Assembly: GCA_041821565.1 (NCBI GenBank)
Contig: JBGUEB010000002.1
Span: 1 to 37,524 of the forward strand
From: Gammaproteobacteria bacterium
GTDB lineage: Bacteria > Pseudomonadota > Gammaproteobacteria > GCA-001735895
Reading direction: 5' to 3'
DNA: 37,524 nt
Shown: piece after piece, positions 18,121 through 27,522 of the stretch
Numbering within the stretch: position 1 is the first letter of the stretch
Layout: every line of letters starts with the position of its first letter
Program-made: the position numbers and the translations under genes
The notes under the pieces: model-generated
The model's database searches: none
What the model was told of the DNA's origin: nothing
Seen by the model: the letters and a program-made list of their open reading frames with translations, nothing else

Positions 18121-19988
18121 AGCTTGTCGCCTCTCAGTTCCAGAACCCGTTGATGCAGGAGCGCGGGTGAGACATCGGCAGGTTCAACTGCTTGCCCGGC
18201 TACCACTTCGATTCGACTGAAGAAACCACGTGGAAACAGGCGTGTCATTGCGTTGCCATACTTGCGGCTAAAGAAACTGCCCCACAATCCGCGCAAGGCC
18301 AGGGGTACTGTTGGTACCGGGTCGCGGTCAAGGATTTTCATAACGCCGCCTTTGAATTCGTTTAACTCACCGGTTTCGGTGATTTTACCTTCGGGGAAAA
18401 TACAAATCACTTCGCCACTTTTCAGTGACTGACTGACCTGGTCAAAAGCTTTTTGCATCAGTTCCCGGTTTTCCTTTTTGCTGGCGATCGGGATAGCTTG
18501 CGCGGTTTTAAAAATAAACGACAGGACTGGAAACTGAAAAATACGATAGTACATCACATAGCGAATGGGGCGTCTTATGCTACCGGCGAGCACCAGCGCA
18601 TCAATAAAACTAACATGGTTGCATACTAACAGTACGGGGCCGGTATCAGGAATATTTTCGAGATCGGTTTTATCGACCCGGTAAGCGGCGCTAACCAGCA
18701 ACCAGACCAGCAGGCGCATAATGAATTCGGGAACCAGCATGAATATGAATAAAGCAACAGCAGCATTCATGATTGCCATAATTAAAAACAGGGTCGGAAT
18801 GGATATACCTGATGAAAGTGCAAAGAAACCGTAAAGTGCAGCTACCACCATGAACAATGCATTCAATACGTTGTTAGCCGCGATAATGCGTGAGCGATTC
18901 TTTTCATCACTGCGCTGTTGAACCAGCGCGTAGAGCGGCACAATATAAATACCACCCGAAACACCAAGCATCATAATATCGAACATCACTCTAAAATTAC
19001 CACCGTCGGCAATGAAAGCCATGGGCGTAGCTAAAGCGTCAGCGTTTGAAATCGATTGACTAAAAAAGAGATCGACGCCAAACAGGGTCAGACCCAGGGC
19101 GCCTATGGGCACGAGGCCAATTTCGACCATTCGCCCCGACATGCGCTCACACAGAAACGATCCAGCGCCAATTCCAATTGAAAACATCGCCAATAACAAA
19201 ACATAAACCTGTTCATTACCGCCGAGCTCATAACGGACGAAATTGGGAAGCTGCGTGATATAGGTAATGCCGATAAACCAGAACCAGGAGATTCCCATCA
19301 CCGAATAGAATACAGTTTGATTTTGGCGAGCATCTCGCATGATTTTGCGAGTTTGTGTAAATATATTGAAACTTAGCTTGAGCTCAGGAGATGCCGCAGG
19401 CAACATCGGAATCGACCGACTCGTCCAGTAACCGCAGAGTGCAACGAAAACCACCGCAATACCGAGTTCGGTAGTGCCAATATCAATGATGAAAACACCA
19501 GCGATCAAACCTAAAAGAATGGCCAGAAAAGTTCCAAACTCGACCATCGCATTGCCACCAACCAGCTCTTCGGGCTGCAATGCCTGCGGTAACAGGCTGT
19601 ATTTAACTGGACCAAACAAAGCTGATTGAGTGCCCATGAGAAACAAAATAGCTATCAATAATTCAGCACTTTGCAAATAAAACGATATGGCGCCAAGCAA
19701 CATGATAAAAATTTCGAGCTGTTTTATACGCCGTATCAGGTTTGATTTTTCGAACTTGTCTGCGAGTTGGCCGGCGATGGGGGAAAACAAAAAGAAAGGC
19801 AGGATAAACAAGCCGGCAGCGATATTCACCAGCGTATTGCTTGCGTCCCTGGAAATGTTAGCCGCCTGGAAGGCGATAAAAATTGTCAGGCCATTTTTAT
19901 AAAGATTATCGTTAAAAGCACCCAACAACTGGGTTAGAAAAAACGGCCGGAAGCGAAGGCTAGCTAATAATTTAATCGAATCTGGCAT
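18117..19988 (-). CDS. MFS (LplT-like lysophospholipid transporter) fused to a PlsC-type acyltransferase
   Basis: 623 aa. The first roughly 430 aa are polytopic and MFS-like. The C-terminal part carries the acyltransferase HX4D motif VCNHVSFID (nt 18600-18617) and FPEGK. There is no acyl-ACP synthetase (AMP-binding) domain. Confidence 0.82.
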   Translation of the reverse strand: MPDSIKLLASLRFRPFFLTQLLGAFNDNLYKNGLTIFIAFQAANISRDASNTLVNIAAGLFILPFFLFSPIAGQLADKFEKSNLIRRIKQLEIFIMLLGAISFYLQSAELLIAILFLMGTQSALFGPVKYSLLPQALQPEELVGGNAMVEFGTFLAILLGLIAGVFIIDIGTTELGIAVVFVALCGYWTSRSIPMLPAASPELKLSFNIFTQTRKIMRDARQNQTVFYSVMGISWFWFIGITYITQLPNFVRYELGGNEQVYVLLLAMFSIGIGAGSFLCERMSGRMVEIGLVPIGALGLTLFGVDLFFSQSISNADALATPMAFIADGGNFRVMFDIMMLGVSGGIYIVPLYALVQQRSDEKNRSRIIAANNVLNALFMVVAALYGFFALSSGISIPTLFLIMAIMNAAVALFIFMLVPEFIMRLLVWLLVSAAYRVDKTDLENIPDTGPVLLVCNHVSFIDALVLAGSIRRPIRYVMYYRIFQFPVLSFIFKTAQAIPIASKKENRELMQKAFDQVSQSLKSGEVICIFPEGKITETGELNEFKGGVMKILDRDPVPTVPLALRGLWGSFFSRKYGNAMTRLFPRGFFSRIEVVAGQAVEPADVSPALLHQRVLELRGDKL

Positions 19989-20202
19989 AGAGATTTTCCA
20001 CTACTACTTATGTACAGTCTAACAGGCAAGATGCAATCTACTACAGAATTGGGACATTTGCTTATCGCAAAATTATCCTTCGGTGACTTTAAAAGAATGT
20101 AATCTACAGGACATGGATGCCAAATGATGCAAGAATACCTGCATTATCAAACCAATTATTAACCAGTCTAACTAATCGAACTATTTACAGGAATACGAAA
20201 CC

Positions 20203-20937
20203 ATGGAGAACACTGACAAACTCGCGGTGCTGATTGATGCAGACAATGCGCAGCCCAGTATTGTTGACGGTCTACAGGCAGAAATTGCCAATTATGGCGT
20301 TGCCAGCGTCAAGAGAATTTACGGCGACTGGACATCGCCCAGCTTAAAGGGCTGGAAAGAAGTCTTGCTTCAACATTCGATTCAGCCCATGCAACAGTTT
20401 GCTTATACAAAGGGTAAAAATGCTACCGATAGTGCGATGATTATCGATGCCATGGATTTGTTATATACCGGCAACTTCAATGGTTTCTGTATTGTTTCGA
20501 GCGATAGTGATTTTACCAAGCTGGCGTCGAGGATCAGGGAAGCTGGTCTCGTGGTTTATGGCTTTGGTGAAAAAAAGACACCGTCACCTTTCGTCTCGGC
20601 CTGCGACAAATTTATCTTCACAGAGGTTCTTCGTGGCAAGTCCGATGAGGGCAAAGCGATTGCGAAGAAGACGACCAGTCAACTAAAACAGGAAACCAGG
20701 CTAGTTAATCTGCTACGAAATGCGGTAGAGGCGGCCTCCGATGACAGCGGTTGGGCGCACCTGGCGTCTGTGGGCAGTAATGTTGCCAAGCAGTCCCCGG
20801 AGTTTGATCCGCGCAATTATGGTTATGTGAAACTGGGTGATCTGGTTACCGCGACTACACTTTTTGATCGTGAAGAAAGAACCGTAGGCTCTACCAATTC
20901 GAAGGCGATCTATATCCGCGATAAACGCTGGAAATAA
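20203..20937 (+). CDS. NYN-domain predicted ribonuclease with C-terminal LOTUS/OST-HTH domain
   Basis: 244 aa. NYN/PIN-like acidic motifs VLIDADNA (aa 9-16) and IVSSDSDF (aa 97-104) are present. The C-terminal roughly 75 aa (SGWAHLASVGSNV...FDPRNYGYVKLGDLV) fit the OST-HTH/LOTUS pattern. Confidence 0.82.
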   Translation: MENTDKLAVLIDADNAQPSIVDGLQAEIANYGVASVKRIYGDWTSPSLKGWKEVLLQHSIQPMQQFAYTKGKNATDSAMIIDAMDLLYTGNFNGFCIVSSDSDFTKLASRIREAGLVVYGFGEKKTPSPFVSACDKFIFTEVLRGKSDEGKAIAKKTTSQLKQETRLVNLLRNAVEAASDDSGWAHLASVGSNVAKQSPEFDPRNYGYVKLGDLVTATTLFDREERTVGSTNSKAIYIRDKRWK

Positions 20938-20938
20938 T

Positions 20939-21328
20939 ATGAAATTTGCGCAGCTGGTGCTGGTGTCGATTTTTTGCCTGCCACTTTCAATTGTCTGGGC
21001 AGGCGATGATCAATCTGCCATCGGTTATGCAACTGTAGAAGAAGCCTATGCTGCCCTCGGGGCAGATCCATCGGCGGCGTTAACCGAGTACGGCGGCTGG
21101 AGCATTTTCAATGTGAAGGCTGATGGCAAATACATACTATGGTCATTTACACCAGAAAAACATTCGGCACACCCTTCTGTGATACGCAGAGACATCGTTA
21201 AAAAGGATGGAGAAATCTTTATTAACATGAACGCACTATGTCATGCCGAAAAGGCGAGCTGCGACACGCTGATTGAAGAATTCAGGCTAATAAACGAAAA
21301 CATCAAGAACAACATGGTGGATAGTTAA
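20939..21328 (+). CDS. Small secreted hypothetical protein
   Basis: 129 aa. The signal peptide is MKFAQLVLVSIFCLPLSIVWA with probable cleavage before GDD. The mature part has two Cys residues. Its start lies 1 nt after the NYN gene stop (TAAtATG). Confidence 0.6.
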   Translation: MKFAQLVLVSIFCLPLSIVWAGDDQSAIGYATVEEAYAALGADPSAALTEYGGWSIFNVKADGKYILWSFTPEKHSAHPSVIRRDIVKKDGEIFINMNALCHAEKASCDTLIEEFRLINENIKNNMVDS

Positions 21329-21364
21329 ACAGCTAGCCCGAGGCCTCAGGCACTAGCTCGTGTT

Positions 21365-23557
21365 TCAGGCTTTTCGCGGTGGTAGGCCAGTGTGCTGGGT
21401 CAGGATTCTGCCTCTCCCCGGATTCGATTTTTGGCCGTGTTTTACGCCGTAAGAGTTTTTTCTGCGCGGACTTTGATAGTCGCCATTCTTCGAAGACTGG
21501 TAAGCTGGTATCAACTGGTGCTTTTTGTTTCCGATCAGATCTTCCCTGCCCAATTCCTTTAGGGCTTCGCGCAATAGTGGCCAGTTATCGGGATCATGGT
21601 ATCTCAGAAACGCCTTGTGCAACCTGCGCTGGCGTTCACCTTTTGGAGAAGTAACGTCCTCGCTATCCCTTTTCACACGCTTCAAAGGGTTTTTGCCGCT
21701 ATGGTACATGGCGGTCGCGGTTGCCATCGGTGACGGATAAAAGTTTTGCACCTGGTCAGCCTTGAAGCCATTTTGTTTTAGCCAGATCGCCAGGTTCATC
21801 ATGTCTTCGTCGGTTGTGCCCGGATGGGCGGCGATGAAATAAGGAATAAGGTACTGCTCTTTGCCGGCCTTTTTTGAAAACTTTTCAAACATGGCTTTGA
21901 AGCGATCATAACTTCCCATACCTGGTTTCATCATTTTCGACAGCGGTCCCTGTTCAGTATGCTCAGGAGCGATTTTTAAATAGCCGCCAACATGATGGGT
22001 GACCAGTTCCTCGACATATTCCGGTGACTCGACGGCGAGGTCGTAGCGTAGTCCAGAACTGATCAATACCTTCTTAACCCCTTTTAAATTACGGGCACGC
22101 CGGTACAAACCGATCAATGCCGAATGATCAGTATTCAGATTTTCACAAATGCCAGGATAAACACAGGAAGGGCGTCGACAGGCAGTCTCGATGGCTTTTG
22201 ATTTGCAGGCGATTCGATACATGTTGGCGGTGGGCCCGCCGAGGTCGGATATGACGCCAGTGAACCCGGGTACCTTGTCCCTGATTTGTTCCATTTCGCT
22301 GATGATCGAATCTTCCGAGCGATTCTGGATAATCCGGCCCTCGTGTTCGGTTATCGAGCAAAAAGTGCAGCCACCAAAACAACCGCGCATGATATTGATC
22401 GAGAAGCGGATCATTTCATAGGCTGGAATTTTCCTGCCAGCATAAAGCGGGTGTGGCACCCTGGCATAATTAAAACCGAATACGTAATCCATCTCGTCGG
22501 TGCTGAGTGGAATTGGCGGTGGATTAAACCAGATCTTCTGGCCGCCCTGGTTTTGCACCAATGCCATCGCGTTTCCAGGGTTGGTTTCCAGATGCAGGAC
22601 CCGGTTTGCGTGCGCATACAGGACCGGGTCGCGACTAACATCGTTAAACGAGGGCAGCCGAACAACAGTGCTTAATCGTTGTTCGAGCCTCTGCTGCATT
22701 TTCTGCAACTTGCCGGTTAACTGGGGCTGGACGCTTTTATCAATTTTGGCAGCAGATTCGTTGCTGGCATCGCAGTCAGGCTGGTCGATGATTTGATATG
22801 GGTTTATCGGTTGTTCAACCCGTCCCGGTTTATCGACGTTGGTGGAGTCAAGTACACGCCAATCGGGCGGTATATCCTTGATGAAAAAAGCCGAACCGCG
22901 AACATTACGAATTTCGCTGATGTCTTCGCCCTGCGCCAGCCTGAGCGCAATTTCTACGATTGCTCTTTCAGCATTACCATAAACCAGCATATCTGCCCTG
23001 GCATCGGACAGGATTGAGCGTCGAACCTTGTCCTGCCAGTAATCATAATGGGCAATTCGCCTCAGCGAGGCTTCGATGCCGCCAATCAGGATCGGAACAT
23101 CCTTGTAAGCCTCACGACAACGCTGCGAATACACCACCGAACATCGATCGGGTCTGCGACCTCCGACATCATCGGGGGAATAGGCATCGTCCGAACGAAT
23201 CTTGCGATCGGCGGTATATCGATTAATCATCGAGTCCATGTTGCCGGCAGTAACACCAAAGAACAGGTTGGGCTTTCCTAGCACTTTAAACGGATCGGCT
23301 GAATGCCAATCGGGTTGATCGATGATGCCCACCCTGTAACCCTGGGCCTCGAGCAGGCGACCAATGATCGCCATGCCAAAGCTTGGATGGTCGACATAGG
23401 CGTCACCGGTAACAATGATAATGTCACAGCTATCCCAGCCTAATTGATCCATTTCCGCCCGCGAAACTGGTAAAAAGGGAGCAACACCAAAACACTCTGC
23501 CCAGTACAATGGGTAATGGTTAAGTGGTTTTGGCTGGTTCGAGAGGGTAATTTGCAT
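21365..23557 (-). CDS. ygiQ: YgiQ-family radical SAM protein (UPF0313)
   Basis: 730 aa. The CxxxCxxC cluster is [13 protein letters not shown]. The long N-terminal domain and basic C-terminal tail are typical of YgiQ. Confidence 0.88.
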   Translation of the reverse strand: MQITLSNQPKPLNHYPLYWAECFGVAPFLPVSRAEMDQLGWDSCDIIIVTGDAYVDHPSFGMAIIGRLLEAQGYRVGIIDQPDWHSADPFKVLGKPNLFFGVTAGNMDSMINRYTADRKIRSDDAYSPDDVGGRRPDRCSVVYSQRCREAYKDVPILIGGIEASLRRIAHYDYWQDKVRRSILSDARADMLVYGNAERAIVEIALRLAQGEDISEIRNVRGSAFFIKDIPPDWRVLDSTNVDKPGRVEQPINPYQIIDQPDCDASNESAAKIDKSVQPQLTGKLQKMQQRLEQRLSTVVRLPSFNDVSRDPVLYAHANRVLHLETNPGNAMALVQNQGGQKIWFNPPPIPLSTDEMDYVFGFNYARVPHPLYAGRKIPAYEMIRFSINIMRGCFGGCTFCSITEHEGRIIQNRSEDSIISEMEQIRDKVPGFTGVISDLGGPTANMYRIACKSKAIETACRRPSCVYPGICENLNTDHSALIGLYRRARNLKGVKKVLISSGLRYDLAVESPEYVEELVTHHVGGYLKIAPEHTEQGPLSKMMKPGMGSYDRFKAMFEKFSKKAGKEQYLIPYFIAAHPGTTDEDMMNLAIWLKQNGFKADQVQNFYPSPMATATAMYHSGKNPLKRVKRDSEDVTSPKGERQRRLHKAFLRYHDPDNWPLLREALKELGREDLIGNKKHQLIPAYQSSKNGDYQSPRRKNSYGVKHGQKSNPGRGRILTQHTGLPPRKA

Positions 23558-23628
23558 AAGGTTTTCCGGCTAGCGTCGGATTCTACCTGAAACTGTAGCG
23601 TAGATGTTGGTTTCGGCTAACATAGGCT

Positions 23629-23688
23629 CCCTCACCCTAACCCTCTCGAGACGTCGCACCGCCCAGAGGGAGAGGGTTAGGGTGAGGG
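23629..23688. repeat. REP-like perfect hairpin (19-bp stem) downstream of hutG
   Basis: ccctcaccctaaccctctc (23629-23647) pairs perfectly with gagagggttagggtgaggg (23670-23688) around a 22-nt loop. The left arm plus loop repeat 17143-17190. The element starts 6 nt beyond the hutG stop. Confidence 0.8.
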
Positions 23689-23693
23689 TATCT

Positions 23694-24473
23694 TTAGAGG
23701 CTTTTTAGAATACTCCGCAATATGTTGCGCAAAGAGACTCGAAGTACTTCAGCCTTGTCGGCATCGTAACTCCAGGGCGCCTCCTCGAGCATATAGTTAC
23801 ACTGCGCCAGTTCCATCTGGATTGCATGAAATCCAGTCTGTGGATTACCATAGTGTCGCGTGGTCCAGCCCCCTTTGAAGCGGCCATTGAGTACGTGCCG
23901 GTATTGTTTTTCTCGCGCACAGGCATTGAGCACGATGGACTCGAGTTCCGGACTACAGGACTGGCTACTATTGGTGCCGATATTAAAATCAGGTAGCTGG
24001 CCTTCAAATAAATAGGGCACGAGTGAACGAATCGAGTGGCAATCGTAGAGTATCACATAGCCGTGCTTCTGGTGAATGCGGTCGATCTGTTCGTGCAGGG
24101 CATCGTGGTAAGGTTGATGAAATTGTTGCTGGCGTTGCTGGATTTCATCCTCACTCGGCTCTTGCCCGGCATTGTAAATAGGTTCGCCGTCGAAAGTGGT
24201 AGTTGGGCAAAGGCTAGTCGTGTTCTGCCCGGGATACAGGGATCGATCCGAGGGGTCGCGATTGGCATCGATGACATAGCGATGGATTGGCGTGCTGACA
24301 ATGGTGCTGTTGTCGACCAGGTCTTCGTATAGCCGGCTGATATGCCAGTCGGTATCTGCAAGCGCGCGGCCAGTGTCGTTGAGGCGCTCCAGGACAGTCT
24401 GTGGAATTTCGGTGCCGCCATGCGGTTGCGCCAGTAGCAACGGGCTATCACCAGTATCGACCTTAACTTTCAT
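23694..24473 (-). CDS. hutG: N-formylglutamate amidohydrolase
   Basis: 259 aa with an FGase-family N-terminus ([13 protein letters not shown]). It overlaps hutH by 4 nt and lies within the hut locus. Confidence 0.85.
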   Translation of the reverse strand: MKVKVDTGDSPLLLAQPHGGTEIPQTVLERLNDTGRALADTDWHISRLYEDLVDNSTIVSTPIHRYVIDANRDPSDRSLYPGQNTTSLCPTTTFDGEPIYNAGQEPSEDEIQQRQQQFHQPYHDALHEQIDRIHQKHGYVILYDCHSIRSLVPYLFEGQLPDFNIGTNSSQSCSPELESIVLNACAREKQYRHVLNGRFKGGWTTRHYGNPQTGFHAIQMELAQCNYMLEEAPWSYDADKAEVLRVSLRNILRSILKSL

Positions 24474-26020
24474 TCGCTACTCAAATCCGGCAACAGGCTG
24501 TCGCCTTCCAGTGCCCCGATGATTTCACCGCTCATCACCATTTGTTTAACCATCGCAATATCGTCGGCGAGATATCGATCTTGCTCGAGGCGTTTTACTT
24601 TCCTGCGAACTACGCGCATTACCTTGATTAGAGCCGGGCTGGTCTTTATGGGTGCGCGGAACTCGATACCCTGCACGCCGGTAAGCAATTCGATGGCAAT
24701 AATGCTGGCCAGGTTGTGATTCATCGAATCGAGTCTTCTTGCTGCATGACAGGCCATCGATACATGGTCTTCCTGGTTGGCGCTGGTCGGCGTCGAATCG
24801 ATCGAACAGGGCATCGCCTTTTGCTTATTCTCTGACATCAGTGCTGCCGAGGTAACCTCGGCTATCATGAAGCCTGAATTGAGTCCCGGGTCGGGGGATA
24901 AAAACGCGGGCAGGCCGAAACTCTGCGCGGGGTCGACCGTGATTGAAATGCGGCGCTCGGTAATTGAACCAATCTCGGCAATTGCCAGTGCACACTGGTC
25001 GGCAGCAAAAGCCACCGGTTCGGCGTGAAAATTACCACCCGAGAGGATGGACCCATCCTCGACAACAACAATCGGGTTATCTGTTACCGCATTCGCCTCT
25101 ATTTCCAGGGTTTTAGCGATCTGGCGCAACATATCCATGCAGGCACCCATAACCTGTGGCTGGCAGCGGATGCTATAGGGGTCCTGCACGCGTTCGTCGT
25201 CTTCGCGGTGCGATTCTCGAATGATCGAATCTGCGAGCAAGGCCCGTGTTGTTGTAGCGGCATCGATCTGCCCTTTTAAGCCGCGAAAAGCGTGAATTTC
25301 GGGCCTGAATGGAGCGGTTGAACCCATCAAAGCGTCGGTGGTCATGGCGCCTGATACCAGAGCTGTTTGCGCCAGGCTCCAGCTATCGAACAGGGCGCCG
25401 AGTGCGAGAGCGGTCGATACCTGGGTGCCATTGATCATACCCAGTCCTTCTTTTGGGCCGAGCGCGAGCGGCTCCAGGCCGGCTGCTTGCAGGGCCTCGA
25501 GCGCCGGCATGGTTTTGCCCCGGTAGCTTGCGTAACCTTCACCCAGGATAACCGCGGTGAGATGGGCAAGTGGTGCCAGGTCACCGGAAGCACCGACCGA
25601 GCCCTTTTCTGGAACAACAGGCGTCAGGCCTAGTTGCAGAAAGGTTTCGAGACGTTTTATCAGTTGCCAGCGAACGCCCGAGGCACCTCGGCCAAGTGAT
25701 ATAATTTTTAGTACCATGACCATGCGCACGATATTTAGCGGCAAGGGTTCGCCCACGCCACAACAATGCGAGACGATTAGATTGCGTTGTAACATCGTGG
25801 TTTGTTGTGCCGGAATGCGCGTACTCGCAAGTTTGCCGAAGCCCGTATTAATTCCGTACACGGCGCTGTCCCCATCAGCAGCCTGTTGCACGATCGCAGC
25901 CGCTGCATCGACCCGTTGTTTACAGGATTCGTCGATAGTAAATTCGAGGTCATGCCGATAGACGCGGCAGAGGTCATCCAGGGTCATGGCCCCGGGCTTG
26001 AGTACGAGTTTATTAGTCAT
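24470..26020 (-). CDS. hutH: Histidine ammonia-lyase
   Basis: 516 aa. The MIO-forming Ala-Ser-Gly triad sits in [14 protein letters not shown], and the protein is collinear with HAL/PAL family members. Confidence 0.95.
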   Translation of the reverse strand: MTNKLVLKPGAMTLDDLCRVYRHDLEFTIDESCKQRVDAAAAIVQQAADGDSAVYGINTGFGKLASTRIPAQQTTMLQRNLIVSHCCGVGEPLPLNIVRMVMVLKIISLGRGASGVRWQLIKRLETFLQLGLTPVVPEKGSVGASGDLAPLAHLTAVILGEGYASYRGKTMPALEALQAAGLEPLALGPKEGLGMINGTQVSTALALGALFDSWSLAQTALVSGAMTTDALMGSTAPFRPEIHAFRGLKGQIDAATTTRALLADSIIRESHREDDERVQDPYSIRCQPQVMGACMDMLRQIAKTLEIEANAVTDNPIVVVEDGSILSGGNFHAEPVAFAADQCALAIAEIGSITERRISITVDPAQSFGLPAFLSPDPGLNSGFMIAEVTSAALMSENKQKAMPCSIDSTPTSANQEDHVSMACHAARRLDSMNHNLASIIAIELLTGVQGIEFRAPIKTSPALIKVMRVVRRKVKRLEQDRYLADDIAMVKQMVMSGEIIGALEGDSLLPDLSSE

Positions 26021-26022
26021 AG

Positions 26023-27402
26023 TTAGTCCGCCAGATCATCGAGAGTGTTTCTGAATTTCCGGGCGATAGTTTCTTCATGGATATGATGTCCCCGATCGAT
26101 TACTTTTTGGCCGCCAACATACACATCACTGACCAGGTTTTCATTGCCCGAAAATATCCAGCTATCGATTAGATCATCTTGGGTGCGGCCATAAAGACGA
26201 GGATGTTGATCGTCAAGGACAACCAGGTCGGCGCGATAACCCGGGCTGATACGACCAATTTTTCGACCGCAGGCCTGCGCGCCACCTTCCAGTGCACCAT
26301 CAAGCAGGTTTCGGCCTGTGTTTGCCTTTTCTTTTGATACCAGCAGGTTACGATTGCGGGTCAATAATCGTTGCCCATATTCGAGCCAGCGCAATTCTTC
26401 AACCGGGTCGATTGATATATGACTATCCGATCCAATTGCCCAGCGGCCATTCGATTCAAGGTATTCGACTGCATTAAAAAACCCGTCACCGAGATTTGCT
26501 TCCGTGGTCGGACATAGTCCGGCAACACAGCCGCTGTTTGCCATTGATGCGGTTTCTTCTGAAGTCATATGGGTGGCATGGATCAGGCACCAGTTGTGGT
26601 CGATATCAAAGTGATCGAACAACCATTCGACCGGGCGTTGTTGACTCCAGGCCAGGCAGTCGTCGACCTCTTTGGTTTGCTCTGCGATGTGCAGATGAAT
26701 CGCGGCGAGCTCATCACCGCAACTATCGATAACGTCTTGCAGCAGGGGTTGGCTAATCGCCCGCAATGAATGCGGCGCTATGCCGACTGATGTATTGTCA
26801 TCGGTTCTGGAAGCATTTTGTAACGAATTGACGATTTCGACAAAGTCATCACTGTCATTCAGAAAACGTCTTTGCGCGTCTATCGGTTCGGCTTCGCCGA
26901 AGCCCCCGTAACGATAGAGTACCGGCAGTGCGGTAAACCCAAGTCCAACTGCGGCAGCCGCGTTCATACACTGCAAGCTCATCTCGGCGCGGTCGCCGTA
27001 GGCTTGCCCATGAAAATCGTGATGCAGATATTGAAATTCCCCGACACTGGTGTAACCCGCTTTTAGCATCTCGAGATAGAGCTGCGCCGAAATATGGAAC
27101 AGGTGCTTTGGCTGAATACGCTCGAGGTAGTGATACATGACTTTACGCCAGGTCCAGAAGCTGTCCTTTGCACTATCGGCAGTTTGGCCGGCACGCTCGC
27201 CCAGGCCTGCCATGGCGCGTTGATGGGCATGCGAGTGAACATTGGGTATTCCGGGAATAAGTGTGCCCGTGCGTTCGCCTTTAGAATAGGAAACCCCGGG
27301 CGTAACCTGGTTAATATTACCCCGGTTATCGAGTCTTATTTCAACTCCTTTTGCCCAGCCTTCTGGTAGAAGCGCCGACGCTGCCCATATTATTTGATTC
27401 AT
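26023..27402 (-). CDS. hutF: Formimidoylglutamate deiminase
   Basis: 459 aa, amidohydrolase fold. It has the HutF-type motif [13 protein letters not shown] and is the first gene of the minus-strand hut operon. Confidence 0.87.
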   Translation of the reverse strand: MNQIIWAASALLPEGWAKGVEIRLDNRGNINQVTPGVSYSKGERTGTLIPGIPNVHSHAHQRAMAGLGERAGQTADSAKDSFWTWRKVMYHYLERIQPKHLFHISAQLYLEMLKAGYTSVGEFQYLHHDFHGQAYGDRAEMSLQCMNAAAAVGLGFTALPVLYRYGGFGEAEPIDAQRRFLNDSDDFVEIVNSLQNASRTDDNTSVGIAPHSLRAISQPLLQDVIDSCGDELAAIHLHIAEQTKEVDDCLAWSQQRPVEWLFDHFDIDHNWCLIHATHMTSEETASMANSGCVAGLCPTTEANLGDGFFNAVEYLESNGRWAIGSDSHISIDPVEELRWLEYGQRLLTRNRNLLVSKEKANTGRNLLDGALEGGAQACGRKIGRISPGYRADLVVLDDQHPRLYGRTQDDLIDSWIFSGNENLVSDVYVGGQKVIDRGHHIHEETIARKFRNTLDDLAD

Positions 27403-27487
27403 CCTTTACCCTTTCCTGTAAATACCCTGATCGTATTACTTTATTGTTAAGTAAAAAACCTTGCGATGCTAGTGAAATGAACGTAAC

Positions 27488-27507
27488 ATACTTGTATATA
27501 CAAGTAT
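27488..27507. promoter_or_regulatory. HutC operator (perfect 20-bp palindrome ATACTTGTATATACAAGTAT)
   Basis: This is a perfect inverted repeat. Its core TTGTATATACAA matches the known GntR/HutC operator pattern of proteobacterial hut promoters. It lies in the 120-bp hutF/hutI divergent region, 16 nt upstream of the hutI ATG. Confidence 0.78.
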
Positions 27508-27522
27508 AGCGGACTTTCGGAA

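Noticed and set aside
20015-20172. 9-nt direct repeat cagtctaac (20015-20023 and 20164-20172) and reiterated gatgcaa / aatctac motifs upstream of the NYN-LOTUS gene
   Set aside because: These are short repeats in an AT-rich 214-bp leader and may be chance. No dyad or known operator pattern is present. I noted them only as context for the cassette finding.
27437-27453. Possible second, degenerate HutC site: tactt-N7-aagta
   Set aside because: Only the outer 5-bp arms match, the internal TGTA/TACA core is absent, and the arm spacing differs by 1 nt from the perfect operator.
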